Part shown: positions 21,442 through 28,385 of the stretch, in pieces
How positions within the stretch are numbered: position 1 is the first letter of the stretch
How the letters are laid out: the number at the start of each line of letters is the position of its first letter
NCBI GenBank assembly: GCA_964565945.1
Contig: CAZMGY010000021.1
Span: 30,001 to 62,000 of the forward strand
Direction of reading: 5' to 3'
Length of the DNA: 32,000 bases
Source: an uncultured bacterium
Lineage (GTDB): Bacteria; GCA-001730085
The notes under the pieces: generated by a model
Told to the model about the DNA's origin: nothing
The model's input: only the letters and a program-made list of their open reading frames with translations
Databases searched by the model: none
Program-made: the position numbers and the translations under genes

Positions 21442-22476
21442 TTATTTACCTATATGCAGGACTTGTAGGCCGGATATAGAAACGCCTAAGCTCTGGAAGA
21501 AGTTTTGCAGATCAGCATCAAGGTTATTGGTAGAGACAATTTCAAGATCAGCCAGACCCTTTAAGTGACCAGTTTCGTAATTGCCCACCCAAAACACAAA
21601 GAGCTTGGAGTTTGTTTTTGCTTTGGTGGCATTAAGGCTTTCTAATGTTTGCCCGTAATTGGCGGTGTTTATACCGTCTGTTACAACAATCGTGATATTA
21701 GGAAGATCAGTAACAAAGCCCTGAATATCAGATTCAAAGCCAGTTTCTATGGCCTTGTAGAGCGCAGTAGCACCGCCAGCTTTGAGCGGTTTATTCAAAT
21801 GATAAATCATATAGGGGCAGCTTTTTAGATAACTCATACCATTATCCGAAAGCCGCACAACATCATTGCTAAAGGTAAATATCTGGCAGCGCGCAGAGCC
21901 TGGAAGTTTTTTCATAAAATCCCTTGTGGCGCTTACCACAGCGCCCAAATGCCAATCCATTGAGCCGCTAGTATCCAGCGCAATGGCAACAGGCATGTGC
22001 AATGAGCCAAGGGATTTCATTGGCGTGTAGTTAAAGCTCAGGGGCTTAAAATCTGCGTCAAACACAGCGATATCTTTAAGCTTTGGGCTGATGACTTTAT
22101 TGTTCGCACCATAAAACAGCACACCTGCATCGCGGCCTTTCTGCTTATCACTGACACTGGCAATGCTAAGGTGGGTTACATCGCCGCCAGCAATGATGAT
22201 TACCCCCGCTTTTTTATGAACGCCAAAGGCGGTAAAGCTTCTTCCATCTTTAAGCTTTAGATCAGAGCGACGAACTTTAAGAGCCAGCAAATCATCATGG
22301 GCAGCAGATAGATCAATCTGAAAGCTAACCGTGCCAAGCGTTTTTGTTAGCACATCAGGATCACTAATCTCGATAGAAGTTGTTTGTAACTCCTGCGGTT
22401 CGATAACTTCTATCGCAAAAGCTGGATTTACGAAGAAACAAAAAACTAAAACAAACAATCGTTTGAGCTTAATCAT
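21442..22476 (-). CDS. exported von Willebrand factor type A (vWA) domain protein
   Basis: Signal peptide MIKLKRLFVLVFCFFVNPAFA. Complete MIDAS pattern (ALDTSGSM ... GGATAL ... VVTDG) in the C-terminal half. The N-terminal ~150 aa are unassigned. Confidence 0.8.
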   Translation of the reverse strand: MIKLKRLFVLVFCFFVNPAFAIEVIEPQELQTTSIEISDPDVLTKTLGTVSFQIDLSAAHDDLLALKVRRSDLKLKDGRSFTAFGVHKKAGVIIIAGGDVTHLSIASVSDKQKGRDAGVLFYGANNKVISPKLKDIAVFDADFKPLSFNYTPMKSLGSLHMPVAIALDTSGSMDWHLGAVVSATRDFMKKLPGSARCQIFTFSNDVVRLSDNGMSYLKSCPYMIYHLNKPLKAGGATALYKAIETGFESDIQGFVTDLPNITIVVTDGINTANYGQTLESLNATKAKTNSKLFVFWVGNYETGHLKGLADLEIVSTNNLDADLQNFFQSLGVSISGLQVLHIGK

Positions 22477-23168
22477 TTTGAGACCTCCAATTTAAGTCCG
22501 CCCCGAAGAGCAAATTTACTGCGCTCAATATCCATCAAACTCATGGGAATGGAGCGCTGCGCCGCTGCATTAAAACTCGGTTCTAGGAATTCTTCCCAGA
22601 CGCGCTTTTGATGAGGTGATGCCCAGTAAAAAGCTATAGAGTGAATACTCTTGTATGTAGATAGAGCCTGATTGATATCTCCCTCCAATGGCGGAGGCTG
22701 GGGCAGGGTGATTTGCGTTGTATCACTGCACGGTATTGGCGTATGGATCAGCGAAGAAAATACAATCACATGAGCGCTGGTAAATCCCTGGCGCTCAAGC
22801 GCATTGATATTGCTGGCCAGTTCCATGAATGCCCCAGGCAGATTATTACAGTTCTCTGGATTGCTCTTAATCGCATTAACCAGCTCAAGTGCGCGTTCGG
22901 GCTTGCGCTTGAGATCACTGGGAACACCCGACCAGATGGTGCGGCCAATCGAAGTGCTAATCACATCGATATGCGCACGGGCAAACTCACGCTTACGGGT
23001 TAGCCCTTTTATATGCGAGAGCAAGACCAGCTTGTATTGATCAGCATCTATTGGATCAATCAGCACGCCGCTATCATCAATGATGAGCTGGATTGTGGTG
23101 TGCGTTCCTCTAGCCATTACTGGCATTGAGAAGCAAAGGATAATTAGTAATGCAATTTTGGTTTTCAT
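22473..23168 (-). CDS. exported hypothetical protein (232 aa)
   Basis: I chose the ATG at 23168 (AAGGAGGA upstream, ATGA overlap with the preceding stop) over the track start at 23282. Signal peptide MKTKIALLIILCFSMPVMA. IQLIIDDSGV and VIVFSS strands suggest a degenerate vWA/Rossmann-like fold (inference only). Confidence 0.65.
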   Translation of the reverse strand: MKTKIALLIILCFSMPVMARGTHTTIQLIIDDSGVLIDPIDADQYKLVLLSHIKGLTRKREFARAHIDVISTSIGRTIWSGVPSDLKRKPERALELVNAIKSNPENCNNLPGAFMELASNINALERQGFTSAHVIVFSSLIHTPIPCSDTTQITLPQPPPLEGDINQALSTYKSIHSIAFYWASPHQKRVWEEFLEPSFNAAAQRSIPMSLMDIERSKFALRGGLKLEVSK

Positions 23169-23791
23169 TGTTCTGATCCTCCTTTTAAGGCAAGTTTGGC
23201 GCTGGGAACCATATGCGCGGTTGCCAGACCCATGGCAGCATTGGTGATGATTAGTGCTACGCTCATAATCAGCATCGGCCAAAAACTCGCCTCACCACCT
23301 GAAAAGCCAGGAATGGGAGAAGGTGCGGTTTCTTCCTTGATGCGTATATATAATGTTGCGAACTCAGTGGAGATCACGAAGAAATAGAGCAGGGCAAACA
23401 CAGCGGTGATTACAATATGCAGCCCGTCTTTAAAGAATTTACCGCCAGCTTCGAATATCTCGCCGTGGCGCTCTAATAACTGCCCGAATAAAAATACCGG
23501 CGTAGCAACAGCGGCCAAGCCGAGCACGCCATTGATCAGCGTGCCTACAGAGATGTTGGAAAGTGCGGAGATATCCGGCAGGCCAAGAACATCAAGCACA
23601 AACAGGTCAGAGCCAACCGTATTGACCAATGCGTAGTTACTTGTATGTAACAGCCAGTTACCTGCTTCCGCCGAGAAGATCAGGGATAATTTGCCAAATA
23701 GCCATAACTTGTCGCTTGGCTCCAAGGGGTGCTGGTTTGAGCCGTGTTCAGGCGGCTGCCAGCTCTCGAAATTGTCGTTACTATCACTCAT
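23165..23791 (-). CDS. three-TM inner-membrane protein (208 aa), first gene of the module
   Basis: ATG at 23791 with GGAGG 5 nt upstream (the track uses a TTG 12 nt further up). Three long hydrophobic segments. No family recognised. Confidence 0.65.
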   Translation of the reverse strand: MSDSNDNFESWQPPEHGSNQHPLEPSDKLWLFGKLSLIFSAEAGNWLLHTSNYALVNTVGSDLFVLDVLGLPDISALSNISVGTLINGVLGLAAVATPVFLFGQLLERHGEIFEAGGKFFKDGLHIVITAVFALLYFFVISTEFATLYIRIKEETAPSPIPGFSGGEASFWPMLIMSVALIITNAAMGLATAHMVPSAKLALKGGSEQ

Positions 23792-23837
23792 AAAAGCCTC
23801 CAACCCCTTCTAGTAAGGGGAGTTGTTTGAAATAGAG

Positions 23838-23851
23838 GCTTTGCGCAAAGC
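23838..23851. promoter_or_regulatory. 14-bp perfect palindrome upstream of the membrane/vWA/T4CP module
   Basis: GCTTTGCGCAAAGC lies 47-60 nt upstream of the ATG at 23791. A CCCCTT/AAGGGG hairpin lies at 23804-23820. A regulatory role is inferred from position only. Confidence 0.35.
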
Positions 23852-23995
23852 TTGGGGAAACTTTAATTTATTGGTTTGATGGAAGCAAAGACAGGACACA
23901 AGACTATATTTCACTGCTATTTGCATAACATTTTGATAAACAATGAAAAATACAGGTAGAATTGGAAATTCAAACAGCAGTATTTTGAGGTTTAA

Positions 23996-24943
23996 ATGGC
24001 TAATTTAAGGAAGAACTCAGCAAAATCTGAATTTTGGAAAAAGCATGTGCAGGAGTGGAAGAAGGGGAGGCTAATTCAATCTGAATATTGTATAAAAAAT
24101 AAAATATCAGAATCTGCATTTTCCAAATGGAAAACTAAATTATTCCCAAAACAAATTGGAACGCGGCGCTTAAAACAGCTTAAAAATAAATATTATAAAA
24201 ACTCGAAATTGTCTAACCAGCAAATCGAAAATTTATTTGTAGGTTTTTTATGTGATGTGCCAGCGAAAGTTGCTGCTAAAGGGAGTGATATAAGTGAGGC
24301 TACTGCTTATAAATACTATAACAAAATACGATATGATTTAGTTAATGGAGCGCTAAATTATCCGCTTTTATTTTTTGGTTCAGGGATGCTTTTGATTTTA
24401 GGGGCACCACCAGATGTACATGAGTTAGCACGCAAATTTAAACCCATAAGCCCAAGTATAAAAGGCAGAGAAAAACATATATATTACGCGCTTTGTAATG
24501 TTTTGATTTGTCATTCTTTTCGCAAATGGACAGTTTCCGAGATATATTATTTTTGGTTTCAGGGGTTACGGGCATATTTTTTAAAGCACTATGCTAAAAG
24601 TCATGGTCTAAATGAAAGTGATTGGAATATGGCTATGGCAGTTCAGATGCAAAATAAAATTTCAATTGCAAAAATGACAGTAACAATATGGCTGGATTGG
24701 ATAAAAGAGGGAGGAAATACTACCCCTTTTTCTGAGGATGTATGGGAAGCTATTCGATATCAACATGACTATCATGCTGATGCTAAATCCTGGATAAAAC
24801 CTATGCTCCATGATTTAAAATGGGTCGTAGAGAGAAATAATAATTTAAAAAGAAGTACATACTGGGATTTCTTTAAACCTAGCAAGTCAGGTATTCTTGA
24901 AGTAAATAGAAGGATTCATGAATACCTAGAAAGAACAAACTAG
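23996..24943 (+). CDS. hypothetical protein with transposase-type HTH motifs (315 aa)
   Basis: The N-terminus FWKKHVQEWKKGRLIQSEYCIKNKISESAFSKWKTKL resembles IS66 Orf1 / IS3-type HTH accessory proteins. A second HTH-like stretch is GSDISEATAYKYYNKIRYDL. No DDE domain recognised. Very AT-rich. Confidence 0.55.
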   Translation: MANLRKNSAKSEFWKKHVQEWKKGRLIQSEYCIKNKISESAFSKWKTKLFPKQIGTRRLKQLKNKYYKNSKLSNQQIENLFVGFLCDVPAKVAAKGSDISEATAYKYYNKIRYDLVNGALNYPLLFFGSGMLLILGAPPDVHELARKFKPISPSIKGREKHIYYALCNVLICHSFRKWTVSEIYYFWFQGLRAYFLKHYAKSHGLNESDWNMAMAVQMQNKISIAKMTVTIWLDWIKEGGNTTPFSEDVWEAIRYQHDYHADAKSWIKPMLHDLKWVVERNNNLKRSTYWDFFKPSKSGILEVNRRIHEYLERTN

Positions 24944-26232
24944 ATTCTGAGCGCTATCTTTTGCAGCCATTTATACTTCTGTTCAAGGCTAGGACCATCC
25001 CCATATCGGGGACGGTCATATCTATGTCCCATGAGTGCAGCCTGTACTTTGTCGGGCGGCTCTACTGCCGTCAGCCGATCCTCAAAACTGTGACGCAGAC
25101 TGTATAGGCTATGATCTTCACTTGGAAGTAAATTGTTATTACGCAGAAACTTATTCAGATTTCCTGATAGCTGATCAGGTTTGCGGTAATATCGCTCAAA
25201 TCCTTTTGGTAGATTTTGAAACGCATAGAGTGATGATCCCACCAATGGCATGTAGCGTTCACTGTAGGGTGTTTTAATTTCCTTGTCTTTTTCTGCATGA
25301 ATATATATGTAGGGGATATCTGTATCCAGCCTAATATCTCCTGCCTTAAAATTCAGGCCAACTAGCTCAGAGGGGCGAGCACCTAAATCGGCCATAGCGA
25401 ATAGAAATAACTGACACTCTCGTTCCAACCCTTTCAGGTTGTCCATGTTTAATAATACATCTCGAATATGGTTCACCTTAAAAGGTTGTCTTTTGCTCTT
25501 TATTTCTTTGAACCTTATACGGCTGAATAATTCATCGACGCTGATGTCTGCGCCGTGATTATCTTTTGCAAAGAACAGGAGTGTTCGTAGATGCGTAAAA
25601 TCCTTGTTTGGTGAATTGGGAGATAGGCTTTCTGATTCGACGCGTTCTTGCCACCATGACCGAAATGCTAATATATCGTTTCTGGTGATTTGCTCTACTG
25701 ATAGGTCGCCACATATTTTAATAAAATTACTGACAGCTTTTACTTTAGGGTTTTTCCATTTTCTTAGTTGGGATTCATTTTTTCTTGTATGATTTGGTTT
25801 TTCAAACTCGATATATGAATCTAATGCTTCGCTTATAGGAAATTTAGGTTTTTCTTTTCCTCCTAGTAAGGCAGTAACGTTTTCATCGGTCTCGGGTATA
25901 TCCGATTGTAGCGCATCTAAACGATCAATAATCTTGCTGACATCAGAACCTGCAAGCTCTGAAATAGATTTGTACGAGAAATTGAATGTTTGGGCTGTAT
26001 GAACGGCTTTGCTATATTCATAGTCCTTATCCATCGGTATATTTTTTACGATGTTATTCCAGTAATTATCTAATTCCTCTTTTAATACTGATGCACGCTG
26101 AATGGCAACAGATTCTGATGTCGTCTTCAAGCTTACCTGTATGATCTCCTGGCCATCATAATATTTCAGATACCGTTTTGGTATTCTGTGTTTAAAGTGG
26201 AACCAGCCTTTTATTTTTATAATATGGCGCAT
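24940..26232 (-). CDS. tyrosine-type site-specific integrase
   Basis: Catalytic-domain pattern: GARPSELVGL (Arg), KTPYSERYMPL, LYSLRHSF (H-x-x-R), LMGH, and a terminal Tyr region. The N-terminal GWFHFKHRIPKRY arm-binding-like segment is common in island integrases. Confidence 0.85.
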   Translation of the reverse strand: MRHIIKIKGWFHFKHRIPKRYLKYYDGQEIIQVSLKTTSESVAIQRASVLKEELDNYWNNIVKNIPMDKDYEYSKAVHTAQTFNFSYKSISELAGSDVSKIIDRLDALQSDIPETDENVTALLGGKEKPKFPISEALDSYIEFEKPNHTRKNESQLRKWKNPKVKAVSNFIKICGDLSVEQITRNDILAFRSWWQERVESESLSPNSPNKDFTHLRTLLFFAKDNHGADISVDELFSRIRFKEIKSKRQPFKVNHIRDVLLNMDNLKGLERECQLFLFAMADLGARPSELVGLNFKAGDIRLDTDIPYIYIHAEKDKEIKTPYSERYMPLVGSSLYAFQNLPKGFERYYRKPDQLSGNLNKFLRNNNLLPSEDHSLYSLRHSFEDRLTAVEPPDKVQAALMGHRYDRPRYGDGPSLEQKYKWLQKIALRI

Positions 26233-26267
26233 GTGTGACGTTTTGTGTTAAAAATGTGTGATGTTTT
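26232..26267. repeat. direct repeats TGTGTGAYGTTTT (candidate integrase arm-type sites, left set)
   Basis: TGTGTGACGTTTT at 26232-26244 and TGTGTGATGTTTT at 26255-26267, with a partial TGTGTTA at 26244-26250. They lie immediately upstream of the int start codon. Confidence 0.5.
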
Positions 26268-26375
26268 ACTGTAACCGAATTAAGTAAAAATTCAGTTTAC
26301 GTCAACAACTTATTCTGCAAGGTAAGCTCACAAAGCGTTTCAGAAGATAGCAATTGTTAATAAATAGAGGGGAAG

Positions 26376-26396
26376 TGGCGGAGACTGAGGGATTCG
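26376..26396 (-). other. orphan tRNA 3'-end fragment (T-loop to CCA), candidate att core
   Basis: The minus strand reads CGAATCCCTCAGTCTCCGCCA: part of the T-loop, T-stem CCCTC, acceptor AGTCTCC, discriminator G, then CCA. No matching 5' tRNA half lies upstream. It differs from the tRNA-fMet 3' end. Confidence 0.6.
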
Positions 26397-26445
26397 TTTG
26401 TTGTTTTTTTGCCCTGTAACATACTGTTATGAAACAATAAAAATA

Positions 26446-26805
26446 TTAGGGTAAATAATTTGTGTGTGAAACGTGTGAAAAAATGTGTGAAATATTTTCT
26501 ATGTTTTTTCTGCTAGAAACTTCTGTTGATAAGTTTTTATGGCCTATGCTTTTAGCAATGTCCAGAAGCTCATGCTTCGATTTATATTCTGTTAGTTCAT
26601 TATGCAACCGTTCAAACAATGGAAGATATCTATCACCGTAAACAGCAATGATATTTGCAAGGTGGTTATAAGCTTCCTGTAATTCAGTAAACGTTATTTT
26701 TGAGCGTTTAATTCTAACTTTTGAAAAAACATTTGCCTTATTTGATGATAAGACGGGGCTGCATTGTTTCATGCACTTTTCAATATTCCAATCTAGTGTA
26801 GGCAT
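26446..26805 (-). CDS. hypothetical protein (119 aa) coupled to the AlpA-family gene
   Basis: ATGA overlap with the upstream stop at 26803-26807. No family recognised. Confidence 0.45.
   Translation of the reverse strand: MPTLDWNIEKCMKQCSPVLSSNKANVFSKVRIKRSKITFTELQEAYNHLANIIAVYGDRYLPLFERLHNELTEYKSKHELLDIAKSIGHKNLSTEVSSRKNIENISHIFSHVSHTNYLP
26461..26490. repeat. phased TGTGTGA repeats (candidate arm-type sites, right set)
   Basis: TGTGTGA at 26463-26469, cGTGTGA at 26472-26478 and TGTGTGA at 26484-26490, in the same orientation as the left set with 9-12 nt spacing. They overlap the last codons of the 119-aa ORF. Confidence 0.5.
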
Positions 26806-27098
26806 CAGCTTGTTTCCTTGCCACTATCCTGGCGATACGTATGCGGGCTTTTGATCCATTCATGAATATCTTTGAGATAAAAAGCCTTACGCTTAGCTTT
26901 CTTGTGTGAAGATAGCATTCTTGGCCTGGGGAATGTACCGCGTGCAATGCGCCTTCTTATCTCTTGCCTTGATATACCACAGAGCCTGACTGCAAGCTTT
27001 ATTGGGATTAAGGCATTAGATTGGATCATTAGCGCGGCAGTAACTTCTGCCTCGAATGTTTTCTTTAAGCTAAATGATTTAAGTAAAAGCGTTTTCAT
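26805..27098 (-). CDS. AlpA-family (MerR-type) HTH regulator / excisionase-like protein
   Basis: IKLAVRLCGISRQEIRRRIARGTFPRPRML...YLKDIHEWIKSP matches the AlpA/Vis pattern. I chose the ATG at 27098 (AAAGGA upstream) over the track start at 27152. Confidence 0.75.
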   Translation of the reverse strand: MKTLLLKSFSLKKTFEAEVTAALMIQSNALIPIKLAVRLCGISRQEIRRRIARGTFPRPRMLSSHKKAKRKAFYLKDIHEWIKSPHTYRQDSGKETS

Positions 27099-27334
27099 AG
27101 GTGATTCCTTTCTACGATGTGCAGCTATTGCCACATATCTGCGTTTACTCACCCATCCTTAATGATTGTGACGATGCCAGAAGCCCTCACAGTCTGATCT
27201 GCCTGTGACAGAACATATCGCCATATATCCATTACACACCATAATTACTTAATATTTTATTAACAACTCCCTTAAAAGCTACAGTGACAGCCATCTTTGT
27301 TTGCTGCAAAGCCGCATTGATCTGTGCGGCGGCA

Positions 27335-27862
27335 CTAATATAAATAACAGCTACTCTCCCCATCAATGACAATGCTCATGGGCTTGGCTGTCATAGAGAT
27401 AAAATCATCTATTAGATGCCATTTAGCGCTTGTCTTCCATTCGTTAGAATTTAGCCTAAGGGAAGCTTCTTGAAAGTAATTTTGCACTGCGGCAACATTT
27501 TTGTAGCCAATCGCAAATTCCAGCAGCGTATCGCTTTTGATCTTCTCAAAATGCAAATAAAGCGCACCGTCGCGATATTGTGCATATTCGTATGGAGTGG
27601 CAAAACTATTATTGATTTTAAGGCCACAATCTAATGTTTCTGGAGCGGCGGCTTTGACTGCCTCTATCGATACATTGATCCTGATCCAAACATCTGAGAT
27701 ATCGGCTAAGGGAGATCGGACGCTGTAGGATATCCATGTATGAGTTTTATTGCCTGTTTTGCTGATGCGCGCTTTGCCAATCAACTCCCCCGCCCAGGCT
27801 CCAGAGCACAGGATTAAAGCCAGGACAAAGATGATGGTATTTTTCATGGGATTTGGCCTCAT
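27335..27862 (-). CDS. exported hypothetical protein (about 170 aa)
   Basis: Signal peptide MKNTIIFVLALILCSGAWA. The start is either 27862 (directly after the XRE stop, TAAATG) or 27847. No family recognised. Confidence 0.6.
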   Translation of the reverse strand: MRPNPMKNTIIFVLALILCSGAWAGELIGKARISKTGNKTHTWISYSVRSPLADISDVWIRINVSIEAVKAAAPETLDCGLKINNSFATPYEYAQYRDGALYLHFEKIKSDTLLEFAIGYKNVAAVQNYFQEASLRLNSNEWKTSAKWHLIDDFISMTAKPMSIVIDGESSCYLY

Positions 27863-28099
27863 TTAGGGATCGCCATTTAATTGGGCAATATCGCCCTTGA
27901 ATAATTGCCATATTTGAAGCCCGAGGGCTTTGGCAATCTTTTCAACGGTGCCAATCTCAGGGCTGACTTCTCCGTGTTCAATCGCCCCGATATGGGTGCG
28001 GTGAAGGCCAGCACTCAAAGCCAGAGCTTCCTGCAACCATCTGCGCATCGCCCGAGCCAGCCGGATTTGATCTCCAAGGGTCTGCCGATATGTTTGCAC
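27863..28099 (-). CDS. XRE-family HTH transcriptional regulator (78 aa)
   Basis: HTH_3 pattern LGDQIRLARAMRRWLQEALALSAGLHRTHIGAIEHGEVSPEIGTVEKIAKALG. GTG start. Confidence 0.75.
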   Translation of the reverse strand: MQTYRQTLGDQIRLARAMRRWLQEALALSAGLHRTHIGAIEHGEVSPEIGTVEKIAKALGLQIWQLFKGDIAQLNGDP

Positions 28100-28116
28100 G
28101 TGGCCGCCAGCCTGCT

Positions 28117-28178
28117 ATGATTCACATATGAATCATTATTGTAACGTAAAAATACTCCATTGAGTCACATATGGGTCA
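28117..28178. promoter_or_regulatory. two related operator-like palindromes between the divergent XRE genes
   Basis: ATGATTCA-cata-TGAATCAT at 28117-28136 (8-bp perfect arms) and TGAGTCA-cata-TGGGTCA at 28161-28178 (degenerate copy with the same CATA centre). Confidence 0.6.
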
Positions 28179-28184
28179 AATAAT

Positions 28185-28385
28185 ATGAGCGTTATTATTC
28201 AGCGTTTAGCCATGAATATTCGGCGAAGGAGGGGTGATATATCGCAGCGTGCCTTTGCCAGCAAGCTAGGTATATCTCAATCCACTTTGGCGCGCATAGA
28301 AAACGCTGGCCAGAACACAACGCTCTCGACATTAGAGCAGCTCATGAAATCACTGAAATGCGATATAGGCGGGTTGTTCAAATGA
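28185..28385 (+). CDS. XRE-family HTH transcriptional regulator (66 aa, Cro-like size)
   Basis: HTH_3 pattern IRRRRGDISQRAFASKLGISQSTLARIENAGQNTTLSTLEQLMKSL. Confidence 0.75.
   Translation: MSVIIQRLAMNIRRRRGDISQRAFASKLGISQSTLARIENAGQNTTLSTLEQLMKSLKCDIGGLFK

Noticed and set aside
23169-23282. 38-codon N-terminal extension of the exported 232-aa protein (MADADYERSTNHHQCC…).
   Set aside because: It overlaps the upstream gene's coding region. The internal ATG at 23168 has AAGGAGGA upstream and starts a canonical signal peptide.
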